From: a virus
Length of the DNA stretch: 64,000 nt
Reading direction: 5' to 3' (one strand)
IMG/VR virus record: IMGVR_UViG_3300047160_007578
Location: 1-64,000 of that record
Shown: positions 48,946-59,796 of the stretch, in pieces
Layout of the letters: the number at the start of each line of letters is the position of its first letter
How positions within the stretch are numbered: position 1 is the stretch's first letter
Translations under genes and position numbers: made by a program
The notes under the pieces: generated by a model
The model's input: the letters and a program-made list of their open reading frames with translations, nothing else
Databases searched by the model: none
What the model was told of the DNA's origin: nothing

Positions 48946-49645
48946 CGACCCCTCCTCCTTTCACTATATTGGTATTTCCAGTGACCCGCGACGAGCTTGT
49001 AGAAGTACCAAGAATTATTAATCAATTTGATCCTGACCTTGGTCGGACCCACCCATTGTAATACAGTGATTTCATCCCGTTTGAACATATTCCGCAATTC
49101 AATCGGAATCGTATTGTACCGCTCTTTAGATATTGCCATTACTTTTTATTCCTTAGTTCTTCTTGTCGTAACGCTTCTTCGATTCCTTCTTCAACTACGT
49201 TTCCATTAAGCTTTTTAAGAACATCGTCAAATTTTTTATTACGAAGTTCGACACTATCATTATACCGTATTATTTCCGCTAGTTGATTATTTAGTCTGTA
49301 AAGATTAAAAATCACAATTAAACACCCAAGAAACACCAAAGTCCGTCGAAGCATAAATCCTCCCTGGTCTAATCCTCCACAATCATCGAGGACACAAGCA
49401 ACTGATCCTGCATAGGTCCAGGATAGTTGTCCTTGATCGCGTCCTTTGCCTCCATTTCAGTGTCGAACGTCGTCGCGTCCGTCCGCAGACGAGTGAAAAT
49501 CCAACCCTCAATCGGGTCTTCGGTCGCCCAACCTCCCCCGTTCTTGTCCACAACGATGTACTTGAGTGTGGCCATCGGTTTCCTTTCTCTGAAAGCGAAT
49601 ATTGCAAAACCAATTATTGTCAAGGCATAATCAACCCACAACATA

Positions 49646-50209
49646 TCATTCCTCCGATTCTTGTTCTTCGGTGGAAGCCGCTTCCGTGATCTGTTCCTGA
49701 GCATCCGTAGATTCTACTCCCTCAGAACTTCCGAGTCCCTTCTGGCCGCGCTCGGACGGAATCGCGAGTAAATCTTCCATGCTGACCTGAACCCAATTGA
49801 CCGCAGGCAATTCTTGAATCACAATCTGAGCCACTCGCATCCCGTGTCTGATCATGAACGGTTCACGCATGAACGAGTGCAGAATGATTCCCCACTGGCC
49901 ACGGTAGGACCAGTCGATAAGACCGCCGAAAGGAACAACATCGGGTGTATCTTGTGGAGAATTAATAATCATTTCCCGAAAAACGTGAAGTCCCTTGGCT
50001 CCGAAGGAACTCCGATCCCAAACGAACGCGGCATAGCCCGGCGGCAATGCAGCGTGGAATCCCAGGGGAATGATCTTGGTATGACCGGGACTGATGATGT
50101 GTTCACCATAGCTGAAAACATCCCAGCCGATCGAGTCAGGCTGTTGCGACGGGGGCACCGTTTGATCATTAACCGCTGCCCAGGGTAGCTCAATCGCCAT
50201 CGTCGTCAT
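49646..50209 (-). CDS. dut: dUTPase (trimeric type)
   Basis: GWDV, DRSS, GLIDWSYRG, RVAQIV and RGQKGLGSS motifs I-V. Confidence 0.93.
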   Translation of the reverse strand: MTTMAIELPWAAVNDQTVPPSQQPDSIGWDVFSYGEHIISPGHTKIIPLGFHAALPPGYAAFVWDRSSFGAKGLHVFREMIINSPQDTPDVVPFGGLIDWSYRGQWGIILHSFMREPFMIRHGMRVAQIVIQELPAVNWVQVSMEDLLAIPSERGQKGLGSSEGVESTDAQEQITEAASTEEQESEE

Positions 50210-50467
50210 CCTCCTATTCTGGCAGAGTGAATACGGCCAATTTGCTGATCTGATTGAGTTCCGTCGCAGTTGCTGAAAACTCAGGCCGCGGATCGCGGAA
50301 ATAAACGTAGACGTGCCACATTACTTTTTCAGGTATCGATTTGTTCGGTAACAGAAGAATGAATTGACCGAATACTTGGTGCCAACCCATTCGAGGATTA
50401 TTAATCGGAAAGTAATGCTTTACTTCCTCGGGCGTGAACTCATGCTTTGAGTCTGGCATCGGCAGCT

Positions 50468-50818
50468 TCACGAATATTCTCCTCTCCGTTCCATCGGTGG
50501 TGGAACTCTGTAGATATCGCGATTGTTGAATACTTTTTCGTGTACTTCTTGCCCGCGATAGGGGCTGCGAGATAGGAGTTCAGTTTCCAAAGTTGTCAGA
50601 CAATGGAACCAAACCGTCGGATTGAACCGTGGACCCTTGTAAGCGATCCACGGATAGCAAGAATCGTCGATTGTGAGCCCGAGATTCTTTGCCGTAGTTG
50701 GCGTCATCGTCTCATGCGTCTCAGAATCGTATTGCCAATCGTGTTCGTTATCACCGTCACCGCAGTATTTTGACTGGTTGGTCTTCGTTGTCTTTCCGCA
50801 CTTCGTGCACTTCGGCAT
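50468..50818 (-). CDS. Hypothetical protein with N-terminal CxxC
   Basis: ORF in operon. Confidence 0.55.
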   Translation of the reverse strand: MPKCTKCGKTTKTNQSKYCGDGDNEHDWQYDSETHETMTPTTAKNLGLTIDDSCYPWIAYKGPRFNPTVWFHCLTTLETELLSRSPYRGQEVHEKVFNNRDIYRVPPPMERRGEYS

Positions 50819-51752
50819 GATTTTTAATCACTCCGAAACGAATCATTCCGCAATTACGGGTTATTCCGTTATTGGGTTATTCCGCAATCAACATGCCCTC
50901 ATCATCGACGGTGACTTCCTCTTTACCTTGCATGAACAAAATCGCGATCTGAAAATCAGCAGCGGTCGCCGTGTATCCAGATGCAAGCAAATCCGGTATC
51001 AGGCTCTCTTCCAAGTGTGCAATAAATTCAGTTCGAGTTAGTGACACAGCCATTATTGTGGTACCTCTGTTTCTGGCGCCGCCGCTTGCACCAAATCCCG
51101 AATCGGGACCGTTCGCACAATCACGTTGGATGTGCTTCTGACTACCGCCGCAATCGCTTGATCTGTGTTGCCTGCGAAGGTATAGCTGATGTTTCCGTCG
51201 ATTTCAACGGAGAACGCCACCTGTCGCGAACTTCCACCACGCTGGCCGAGTAGGAACCCGGCCAGCTTTCCAAGTGAATCAAAAACGTGCCTCATGTTTT
51301 CTCTGTTGGTTTGCGAGGTTTGTCGGTATTAATGGACTTTTCGTTCTTCGCGTCCGTCAAGTCTTGATCGTTAAAAACGACTTCGACATGGAACTCGACA
51401 TTATCTTTATCGGCAATCCGCATCGTATATTCGTTGCGGTCGCTATTCCACTCCAATTGTACCCAAATATTATTCACATGAAACGGATTCGGTCCGCCGT
51501 CCTGTCTGAGCCCTGGGCTTACGGGGTTGATATGTGCCCCTGATTTCACTTGCATTGCACTCTCCAGTCACTTCGTAGATTGCGACCCTTTCCTTTTGAT
51601 CAACGTAGATGAGAACGAGATTTTGTCCGAGTATCCCGAAGTGATCGAAGAAATACTTATTCACCACCGAATCGATTTGATCCAGGTCCCTGATGTTATC
51701 CAAAACAGTCAAGGGCATCGGCAGGCGTTGACGATTGTTGTTGGAAAGATCA

Positions 51753-52379
51753 TTAATCATCGGCATCATTCCTTTTCTTCTTCGGTTTGGGTCCAGTCTT
51801 TTTCAAACCGCAGGCATCCAACCAATGAAACCGTGTTGGTAAAGTGGGCGGATTCTTTTCCCAAATACACCAACCGTATGGACACGCGTCGTATTGATTC
51901 CAACCAAAATTAGGACGGCGACACAAGCAGTATATATCAGATGGCCGATGTTCCAATAATTGTTCGGAACGTCTAATACCGGTCAACAGAGACAATCGGA
52001 GCAAGAATACTGCTTTGCCCTGAAAATTGAGAAGTGTTATCGCTTTCCGAAGGAATTCGTAGAATTGATTGTAAGGCGGATTAGTGATTATTAAATCGAA
52101 ACCACATGCTACAGTATCACTCAAAAAATCTTGGTTGTAATAGTGGACCCGCGGATGTTCACTCAAGCTCAGTGGAAATATTGCCGGGTCACGTTCAACT
52201 GCTGTAATAATAAAACTGAAGTCATCCCTATGTAATAGAACTTTTACTATTGCTCCGTTACCAGCCGCCGGCTCCAACACGTTGAGAAGCCGATCATTAA
52301 TCAAATCGGCCCCGTAAAGGATATCGCGAATCGTTTGCGTTGGCGTAACGAAATACGTATCGGCAACCTTGCTGGTCAT
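51753..52379 (-). CDS. DNA N6-adenine methyltransferase
   Basis: VLEPAAGNG SAM motif; DLIITNPPY catalytic motif. Confidence 0.88.
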   Translation of the reverse strand: MTSKVADTYFVTPTQTIRDILYGADLINDRLLNVLEPAAGNGAIVKVLLHRDDFSFIITAVERDPAIFPLSLSEHPRVHYYNQDFLSDTVACGFDLIITNPPYNQFYEFLRKAITLLNFQGKAVFLLRLSLLTGIRRSEQLLEHRPSDIYCLCRRPNFGWNQYDACPYGWCIWEKNPPTLPTRFHWLDACGLKKTGPKPKKKRNDADD

Positions 52380-52547
52380 GTTTTTGCCCGGAGTAGAGGT
52401 TCCACTGTGATTATTAATCGCGAATCAAATGTTTTTCCGTATTTTTTGGCTTTTCGCTTACGTTTGAATGGGCCGTAAATGCCTAAGTTGGTGGGCGAGT
52501 ATTTGCTATAGACAACAACCACCCACCTTTTCTTCATCCGATATCTC

Positions 52548-53639
52548 CTACTCTTTCGTTTTGTAGGTCGTTTTCACGTCGTTCATGTTCCCGACGAACA
52601 GATGCTTGTTGACGAAGACCGGCGGAATCCTCCGATATATCTTGATCGTCCGTCCTGGCCCGGTCCAGTAAGCATGGCGATGACCGCGACGCTTGTGCGG
52701 CTTCTTTGTACGTCCAGTGGGTTCGGCCGGCAGGTCTGATTCATTTTCCACTGTCCGATGCAACACGACGTTTTGATCAATAATCGTGTAGTAGATCGGG
52801 AGGCGATCCAGGATCGCTCTTTCCGGCGGCGTAATACGACGCTCTCGCCGTTTCCGATCCAGTTTCTCGTAGTGTTTCGGATTCTTCGGCCCGAGCTTCT
52901 TGAGACCGAGTTCCTCGACCAGCAGGCAGTAATTGATGCACGCCCGCAACAGACCGCCGGAAATCTTTTCTTCTTCCTCGGAAGTCTCCATCGCGCCATT
53001 GAATCGTATCTCAGTCTTTTGCAACTCTGCCTCTATCTCTTCCCCGTCCTTGAAGGTGAGAGAGTATTTGATGCTTTGACCAGAAGAGAAGCAAGCACAG
53101 AACAGCATGCACTTCTGTTTCTCGTCGAAGTGAATGATACAGAACCGCGGATCGTGCGTTTCCGGGAGTATCTCGCCGAAGCTATCTTCCCCGACTTGCG
53201 GAATCATCGCCTTCCGTTGCTGGTAGAAGTCCTTGGGAAGATCAATAATCATTGTCGGGAACGGTTGATGGTAGTCCTCGATGGGCATGTTGAGGATCAT
53301 TTCTTCCATCATCGTTAACTGGTAGGTCGTCGGCTTGAACACCGACACACCTTCCTCGGCGATTTTGGTGTACAGGTAACATTCCGTGTAGTTGGCGGTA
53401 TTGTCGCCCCGGCCCAATTGGGTCAGAGACATCAGCGCATTATTCGACATGAACAGCTTAGCTTCTGCGGACAAATGGAGCATGAACTTGAAGCCATCCG
53501 CGGTTTTGAGCAGTTCGATGCATTTGAACTTGGCGAACTCCGACCAAACGTCGAGCGCTCGTTTGAAGATTCGCTGGAATTGCTCGAAGTTCTCGAACTT
53601 GTCGATCACTTCAATATATTTCGTGACCATGTTAATCAC
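52548..53639 (-). CDS. Hypothetical phage protein
   Basis: C-terminal PH.RRGH...W.GPG...I.P..VN motif. Confidence 0.75.
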   Translation of the reverse strand: MINMVTKYIEVIDKFENFEQFQRIFKRALDVWSEFAKFKCIELLKTADGFKFMLHLSAEAKLFMSNNALMSLTQLGRGDNTANYTECYLYTKIAEEGVSVFKPTTYQLTMMEEMILNMPIEDYHQPFPTMIIDLPKDFYQQRKAMIPQVGEDSFGEILPETHDPRFCIIHFDEKQKCMLFCACFSSGQSIKYSLTFKDGEEIEAELQKTEIRFNGAMETSEEEEKISGGLLRACINYCLLVEELGLKKLGPKNPKHYEKLDRKRRERRITPPERAILDRLPIYYTIIDQNVVLHRTVENESDLPAEPTGRTKKPHKRRGHRHAYWTGPGRTIKIYRRIPPVFVNKHLFVGNMNDVKTTYKTKE

Positions 53640-53848
53640 CCCTTTCTATTGTGTGATGGAGAATGCCAAACGCACCAGGTAACAGTTGCGATATCGACAT
53701 TCCAGAAATCAACTCCGGTCGTCCAATCGAACGGAGATACGTTGGGATATTGTCGCGAACATATTGTATATTTTCTGCCTGTAGGATAATCTCCCACTGG
53801 CCGCTATCAGATGACTCATCCTTTCCAGACACACGAAAGATGCTCATA

Positions 53849-54148
53849 TTACCTCCTGACCACCCGTGGTCTCTCTGGAACCACCCGGTACTTTTGTTCT
53901 GCTTGGAACATCGCCCACTTGTCGTCGCCCATACCGACGATACAGACAACAGTATCTTCACCAAGGCGTTCATGCGCCTCGTCTTCCGCCTGATTCCTGT
54001 CGGTATAGACCAGGATCGAACCGTCAGGATCACGAACCGTCGGCATGAATGTGTCGGGATGGACAGCGAAAAAGTGATGGGTCTGAACACCAGTCACGTT
54101 CACTCGCGCTTGAAAACGCTTCCGTTTCTGCTTGCGTGCTCGGCTCAT
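53849..54148 (-). CDS. Hypothetical protein
   Basis: Coupled to the ligase stop. Confidence 0.6.
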   Translation of the reverse strand: MSRARKQKRKRFQARVNVTGVQTHHFFAVHPDTFMPTVRDPDGSILVYTDRNQAEDEAHERLGEDTVVCIVGMGDDKWAMFQAEQKYRVVPERPRVVRR

Positions 54149-55260
54149 AGCGTTGTAGCCTTTCGGTAGTATTGTGCCATCTTCGGCTCACCCTTCGCCG
54201 TCAAGTCGCGATAGCGGAAAGTGATCTTTGATCCGAGCGGAAACTTCGGATTCGTTATCTGCGTCGTATCCACCGGCAGCCCTGAGAGCATCTGCCCGAG
54301 CCGCACGGCCGGGAATCCAGTGGAAATGATGAACATGTCGCGTTCTTCCCAATTGAAGCCGCCGACTTCGATCTTGCGACCGTCCCAATCACAGACGAGA
54401 ACTCCCATCCTTCCCAGCAGCTTGGAGCCTTTGTCCGTTTTCCTGCCCCAAACATAGCCGACGACGGTTGCTTCGGCATCGAACCACTTTTTGATCTTGA
54501 GCAGATTGTGGGAACGTTCTGGTGTCCAATACGATTGATCCTTCCTGACCATGAGTCCTTCGCCGTTCGCGGCGAGAACCTTTTCCATTTCGCGATTAAT
54601 AATCGTTTCGATCGCACCATTCGCGTTGGTCATCGGGAGCCTGGTCTGCTCCAGGATTTTGACGTGGTCATTTTCGATGCCCATCGCTTTGAGCCAGCCA
54701 TAGACGAATTCCATTTCGCGGTACTTCGGCTCTGGCATTGTCCCGGTTTCTCGCGCTCGAGCCATCGCCCAATCCAGAGTACCTTTATCAAAGGTCTTGG
54801 AGTAGATATCGCCCGCATTGCCCAGAATGCCTGGAGCGAAGATCATATCCAGTGGCGGACTATCGAATACGTGGAATTGAACCGCCTTCCACGCATCTTC
54901 GTCCGGAACGATCTTCTTGGTGATCGAGTTGGTTTGCTCGAATTTCTGATACCCCGACCATAACTCCCCGTCCAGAGGAATGTTCGGGAGCATGTCGAGA
55001 AACCACGCCGGTGCTCGTAGAACCTTCCCGTTGCGGGTCCAAAGTCCAGTCGCTTCGTAGTCGCGGTTCACGAACCGATCGTCCCGTTCCCAATTAGAAA
55101 ACGGCACCGATCTTACCGATTCGCCGCGGCTGATACCGCCATCCCAAAACACGCGAAGGCCATCCATTTTCTGAGACAGCATCCAGCCCCGAATCTTGTC
55201 GAAACTGTCTTTTGTCTCATCGAACGTGTGGGCCAGCAGAACGAATTCACGCTTTGCCAT
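54145..55260 (-). CDS. lig: ATP-dependent DNA ligase
   Basis: KMDG, LDGELW, FHVFD, EGLMVR and LLKIK motifs; C-terminal OB domain. Confidence 0.93.
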   Translation of the reverse strand: MAKREFVLLAHTFDETKDSFDKIRGWMLSQKMDGLRVFWDGGISRGESVRSVPFSNWERDDRFVNRDYEATGLWTRNGKVLRAPAWFLDMLPNIPLDGELWSGYQKFEQTNSITKKIVPDEDAWKAVQFHVFDSPPLDMIFAPGILGNAGDIYSKTFDKGTLDWAMARARETGTMPEPKYREMEFVYGWLKAMGIENDHVKILEQTRLPMTNANGAIETIINREMEKVLAANGEGLMVRKDQSYWTPERSHNLLKIKKWFDAEATVVGYVWGRKTDKGSKLLGRMGVLVCDWDGRKIEVGGFNWEERDMFIISTGFPAVRLGQMLSGLPVDTTQITNPKFPLGSKITFRYRDLTAKGEPKMAQYYRKATTL

Positions 55261-55286
55261 TAATCACCCCTTTCTTTGATCATTGA

Positions 55287-55502
55287 TCATTTCTTTGCCA
55301 TTCGCGCGATCGTCTCATGACTACGCTCGTTCCGCGCGAGCGTCTCAAGATGGTCACGGAGCTTCTGCTTGCTCAGACTGCACCGACTCGGCGGACAGCT
55401 GAATCGCTCGCGCGCAATCGCAACGAGCGTTTGTTTCGCCGTTTTCGGATCATTAATCAGAGTCTCGGCGTCCCGCAAAGTCAACATTGCAAAGTGAGTC
55501 AC
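55287..55502 (-). CDS. Hypothetical protein
   Basis: First gene after the 55600-55628 promoter. Confidence 0.6.
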   Translation of the reverse strand: MTHFAMLTLRDAETLINDPKTAKQTLVAIARERFSCPPSRCSLSKQKLRDHLETLARNERSHETIARMAKK

Positions 55503-55599
55503 GAATCACCCCTTTCTGGATTATTGATCAAATCACAAAATCGAATCGATCAAATTAATCAAATCTTTCCCGCGTGCGCGCGCAGCGCTCCGCTACTAA

Positions 55600-55628
55600 A
55601 TTATAACATATTATTTTGCCTATGTCAA
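55600..55628 (-). promoter_or_regulatory. Consensus sigma70 promoter
   Basis: TTGACA-17-TATAAT; near-identical block at 62794-62822. Confidence 0.9.
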
Positions 55629-55679
55629 GAAGAATTTTTCAAATCACCGGAATGATTTGATTAATTTACGCATGTAGTT

Positions 55680-55970
55680 TGGTTCTCACCCGACTAATGG
55701 ATTAAAAATCACCTGATACTTGGTTCTCATCAGGATCACAGCTACATTGGTTCTCACCAGTCGGATGGTTACACCTATCATTTGTTTCTTTCGCGGCCAG
55801 TGGATACTCACTCCTCATCTGGTTCACACGTGGATTATGGATTCGCTAGGATATTGGTTCACACTTCCTCGAAGGATAAACACTATCGGCTTGGTTCTCT
55901 CGCACGAACTGGATACTCACCGGGTTTTTGGTTCTCAACCGAGCTTGGATTCACTTGTGATCTGGTTCTC
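55680..55970 (-). repeat. TIGR-like dual-repeat array 1 (~8 units)
   Basis: Alternating TGGTTCWCRC and TGGWTWCDC-type repeats (plus strand) separated by 7-10 variable nt. Confidence 0.8.
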
Positions 55971-56014
55971 GTGGATCGATCACACCCGGTATTGCTACCG
56001 GGTGTGATCATTAA

Positions 56015-56248
56015 TCACGACTGCTTCGGTCCGGGAGCCGGCGTCGCGGGCGGAGTCGTCGGAGGCTGTTCCGGCGTCGCAGGCGGAGTACCCGGCTGAT
56101 GCGACGGCGCACCAGGTGGGACGTTGGGCTGGTGTCCCGGAGCCGGTGGTGCTCCGGGAGTAGGACGCTGTTCAGGCGTCCCGCCCGGCTTGACCGGCTG
56201 TTGCGACGGTCCACCAGCTTTGGTTTCACTCATGGGTTCTACCTCCAA
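56015..56248 (-). CDS. Pro/Gln-rich small protein
   Basis: PGxPP repeats; GGAGG RBS. Confidence 0.6.
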   Translation of the reverse strand: MEVEPMSETKAGGPSQQPVKPGGTPEQRPTPGAPPAPGHQPNVPPGAPSHQPGTPPATPEQPPTTPPATPAPGPKQS

Positions 56249-56347
56249 GGGCGACAGGGGATGAGTTGGCGGTGAGCAACGATCTACGGACCAACTACGT
56301 GCACGACCTTATCCGTATCTTTGGTGATTTTTAATCAGGCGAACCAA

Positions 56348-57307
56348 TCAGGCCGATGCTTCGGGCGTTTCCCTCTCGGGATCATCCTGCTCCGCGGGCT
56401 CTTCCGTTGGTGTCTGGTTCATTTCCTCCGGAGTCAGCGGTCGAACCGGAGCAACCACCTTGGTTTCGACTGACACGCCACCGATGGTCAGCTTCGTAGC
56501 CTCTTCCTCGGGCTCAGGCTCGCTGGGCTCGGGCGTGGGCGGAGCGAGCCGCGGATCATTGATCGAAACCCACTGCTCGGTGTCCGGGTCGAACGCCTCG
56601 AAATACTTTGCCGAGTAGTTCTTGTCGTAGGCCGGATGGATCGACTCCGGGAAGCGAGTCCTGAGTTCCTCGATTGACTTGCCCTCCCACAGCGTCTTGA
56701 ACTTCGGCTTCTCGTGCAGCCGCGACGTGGGAATCCGACCGTCCCGCCAGATGAACCGGACCTTCCGGCGGTTCTCGATCGCCTTGAGCGCTTCGTGGTA
56801 TTCGGACTCGAAAGCCCACCAGAGCGCCTTGGCGGTCTTGTCACCCTGCATCTCGACGTACAGGATGCGGTCGTCTTCCTTGGGGATGACGAGATTACTA
56901 ATCGGACCGTCGATGCTGGGCTGGTCGCTGCCGTTGCAGGTGATCGACTTCTGCCGCGACAGGTGGAAATACACGACGGCCTCATCGCCGTCACGCTTGG
57001 CGAACGCGAAGGCACGCTCACCCTGATTGAAAACCTTGGTCACGACCGCGCGCTGCGCACTGCATTCCCAGCAGTGCCAGATCAGGAACCCGTCCCTGGA
57101 AACGGAAGCGATGGGCTTGTTGCACTTCGGGCAGGGGCGACTGACCTGTGCCGCACGCGACCATTCGACCATGAAGAAGGGCTGGAATCGTTCCTGAATC
57201 TTGGCGGCGCACTCAGCGCATTTGCAGCGCTTGTCGTGCGAGCCAGCGACGGATTCGGTGTCGTCATCCGGGGTTTGGACGACGGCCTGGGAAATGTTCT
57301 CGCTCAT
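56348..57307 (-). CDS. Zinc-ribbon + cold-shock/OB-like domain protein with acidic tail
   Basis: CPKC..CWEC; VTKVFNQGERAFAF...VYFHLS; AGGAG RBS. Confidence 0.65.
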   Translation of the reverse strand: MSENISQAVVQTPDDDTESVAGSHDKRCKCAECAAKIQERFQPFFMVEWSRAAQVSRPCPKCNKPIASVSRDGFLIWHCWECSAQRAVVTKVFNQGERAFAFAKRDGDEAVVYFHLSRQKSITCNGSDQPSIDGPISNLVIPKEDDRILYVEMQGDKTAKALWWAFESEYHEALKAIENRRKVRFIWRDGRIPTSRLHEKPKFKTLWEGKSIEELRTRFPESIHPAYDKNYSAKYFEAFDPDTEQWVSINDPRLAPPTPEPSEPEPEEEATKLTIGGVSVETKVVAPVRPLTPEEMNQTPTEEPAEQDDPERETPEASA

Positions 57308-57406
57308 ACGAGGCTCCTGAGGGTTAGGGCGAAAGGGATTTCGGACTACGCCAGGAACACCCCAGCGTTTATGGTCCAAACAATACTTTTCGATCATTAA
57401 TCTTTC

Positions 57407-57691
57407 TTACAAATCTGTTCGAGCTTTTTCGATAGCGGCCAATTCTTCCTGGGCCTGGGCGCGACAATCCATTTGGACTGCGAATTCAGACGCACGAGAC
57501 TCGAATGCCGGTAGACTCTCTCCTTCCCTTATTCTGAGGAAACAGACTAATTCACCGTCCTTGGCATCCGGACCAAGGAAAATCGGGATGAAAGCGATTG
57601 AATCCTCCTTTCCGTTTTTCCGAAGAAATTCCACGTCCCCTGAGTAATAAATCACCGCCGGCATAATACACTCCTTAAGTGGTTCCCGCAT
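57407..57691 (-). CDS. Hypothetical protein
   Basis: AAGGAG RBS before MPAVIYY. Confidence 0.6.
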   Translation of the reverse strand: MREPLKECIMPAVIYYSGDVEFLRKNGKEDSIAFIPIFLGPDAKDGELVCFLRIREGESLPAFESRASEFAVQMDCRAQAQEELAAIEKARTDL

Positions 57692-57885
57692 CGGATTTGG
57701 TTACACGAGTACCTTGGTTCACGCGCACGAAATGGTTACGCGACGATTATGGTTCCCACTGTTTGTATGGTTACGCTTCTACGTTTGGTTCTCGTCCATC
57801 TGATGGTTCCATTCGCCGGGCTTGGTTCTCACATCGAGATTGATTAAAAATCACTGCTCCTATGGTTCTCACGTGGTGCGAGGAT
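57680..57885 (-). repeat. TIGR-like dual-repeat array 2 (~6 units, 35-nt period), immediately downstream of the Nop-domain gene
   Basis: TGGTTCCCGC-n8-TGGTTACAC-n8-TGGTTCACGC-n8-TGGTTACGC-n8-TGGTTCCCAC-n8-TGGTTACGC. Confidence 0.9.
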
Positions 57886-57887
57886 AA

Positions 57888-58958
57888 TCACGCTCCCATT
57901 TCGGCGAGCTTCTTCCCGGTGCTCTCTCGCCAGACCGTCAGGTTCGGCGGAGCGATGTAGTGTCGATGATCCGTTCCAAGCGCCTGATTGAGAGTCTCAG
58001 ACAGAGCGAAGGGTTTCGGTGGCTCACGCCCGAAAAAGTCCTGGTAGAAGATTTCGTGCATGTGACTCATAAAGAGTTTTGTTACCCATCGCCGGGATCG
58101 AGCCAGCATGTGCCCATCCGGCAATCGTCCAGTGATGTAGACCTTGTAGGCATCCGTGGTCTTGCGAACTCGCTTGGCACCGGCCGCTGCTTGATCCTGA
58201 TAGTCGCCGCGGTCATTCTTAGCGTCCTCGTAGGCCCGTCGCTGGGCGTACAATGCGCCGTAGAAGTCCTTGGCGTTTCCTTGAACCTTGATGAAACAGC
58301 TGCCCGCATGGAAACACAACTGTTTCACACTGGCTGCCCACGGGCGCTTGGCCAGCAGTGCGATGACATCTTCGCGAGTGTTCGCTTCGCGTTCTTCGCG
58401 TTCGCCCAGGCGCTGGATTTTGCCGAGTAGCTCCGTCAGAGTCCACTTGGCCTTTCCTGCGATAGCGGTCAGATCATCAATCGGAACCGCGCCTTTGGGC
58501 TTGACCCGGTCTTCCAGGACTTCCTTGACCAGTGCCTCGGACTTGGCCTTGCCGAGCCATTCCCTTGTGGGGTCGAGTCCCGCGAACCGCCACCAGTGAC
58601 CGACGGTTTCAGGAATCGGTGTGCTCAGGTTGGCCAAGAATCCGGCGCTGATTACTGGTCCGATGCCGCAGATGCTCTGGAGCCATTCGCCGGCACGGAA
58701 ACTGGCAGCGAATGCGCCAAGAGCGGACTTGATGTTGCTTTCCAGGGTATTGAGATTGTCGAAGGTCCATTCTAATAGTTTGGACGGCTCGCCGGCTTCG
58801 GTGGAAGTCCGGTGACGGTTTCCAGAACTCACACGGAAGTCCTGGATTTGATAATAGATATCGACCAGGAATCGGGCTTCATTCCGGCCGATCAGACGAG
58901 CCGCGGCCCGCAGGTCGCGATTGAGTTTGTCCAGAGCCTCGTATTGTTCTTCTGGCAT
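57888..58958 (-). CDS. Nop-domain RNA-guided DNA-binding protein, TasA-like (IS110-related, lacking a RuvC/DEDD domain)
   Basis: LVDIYYQIQDFRV...N coiled coil, WLQSICGIGP, WWRFAGLDP, RPW, FYGALY, GHMLARSRRWVTKLFMSH; flanked by dual-repeat arrays. Confidence 0.8.
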   Translation of the reverse strand: MPEEQYEALDKLNRDLRAAARLIGRNEARFLVDIYYQIQDFRVSSGNRHRTSTEAGEPSKLLEWTFDNLNTLESNIKSALGAFAASFRAGEWLQSICGIGPVISAGFLANLSTPIPETVGHWWRFAGLDPTREWLGKAKSEALVKEVLEDRVKPKGAVPIDDLTAIAGKAKWTLTELLGKIQRLGEREEREANTREDVIALLAKRPWAASVKQLCFHAGSCFIKVQGNAKDFYGALYAQRRAYEDAKNDRGDYQDQAAAGAKRVRKTTDAYKVYITGRLPDGHMLARSRRWVTKLFMSHMHEIFYQDFFGREPPKPFALSETLNQALGTDHRHYIAPPNLTVWRESTGKKLAEMGA

Positions 58959-59018
58959 GGTTCACATCCTTTCTCCGGTCGTTGACCGGAATGCGATTAT
59001 TAATCAACGTCTCTTTTT

Positions 59019-59371
59019 TGGTTCACGCGAGCTTCACGGTTACACTCCTTCTTGGGTTCTCGCGAAGTCAGTGGTTACGCGCCTTGTATGGTTCTCACGG
59101 TATCAATGGTTTGTCCGCTCCTCCTTTCTCGGAGCCAACGGAACAGGCTCCTGTTTGCACATTCCCTCCGTGGTTCTCACAGTCGCGTTGGTTACGCTCC
59201 TTTCGTGGTTCTCTCGGGCAAATTGGTTACACCTGCATTCTGTTTCTAGCAAAGCGGGTGGTTTTACGCAAATCATCTGGTTCACGCGGGTGCGATGGTT
59301 GCACTCCCTGATCGTGGTTCTCGCATTTAGACTGGTTACTCTCAAGCACTGGTTCCCACCAAACTGATGGT
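59019..59371 (-). repeat. TIGR-like dual-repeat array 3 (~8-9 units), upstream of the Nop-domain gene
   Basis: Same alternating repeats; interrupted at ~59111-59170 by a hairpin-containing insert. Confidence 0.9.
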
Positions 59372-59739
59372 TAGCTGATTTCCTTAAAGCCGGGGAACTT
59401 CATCTGGTTCTCGATGACGGTTTTCCAGACGCCATCGATCTGGATGGACAGCAGCCGCTCCGGATCGAAACAGCGATACTGTTCTTGCGGGTATTCGTAG
59501 ACGCCGATGAGTCCCTTCTTCTTGAAATCGACGCCCTTGTTGTACGGATTCTTCGCCAACAGAATCTCGTCGGCGATCCCGGTGGCACACTCCATGCCGC
59601 GGATCGTGCCGTCAGCCTTGACGAAACGGATATGGAACCGAACACGGGGATGTTCTTCGATCCACTTCTTCGCGTCCGCGAGTGAAATGACCGTGGTATT
59701 GGCCGCTGGATCAGGAGTTACGATTTCAGGGGTATCCAT
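59371..59739 (-). CDS. Sm/SH3-like beta-barrel (WYL_2-like) protein
   Basis: FHIRFVKADGTIR.M..........YRCFDPERLLSI pattern. Confidence 0.65.
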   Translation of the reverse strand: MDTPEIVTPDPAANTTVISLADAKKWIEEHPRVRFHIRFVKADGTIRGMECATGIADEILLAKNPYNKGVDFKKKGLIGVYEYPQEQYRCFDPERLLSIQIDGVWKTVIENQMKFPGFKEIS

Positions 59740-59796
59740 TGTTGCACCTACTTTCTGCCCCATAGGGGCGTTGATTAAAAATCACAGACTGGTTGA

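Noticed and set aside
57888-58958. IS110/IS1111 insertion sequence
   Set aside because: No N-terminal DEDD/RuvC catalytic domain is visible, and the gene is flanked by dual-repeat arrays, which fits a TasA-like protein rather than an autonomous IS
58921-59367. ORFs over the guide arrays (also 55720-56099 and 62833-63188)
   Set aside because: Recurrent WFS/VL/RT/EN patterns are translations of the repeats; no RBS support
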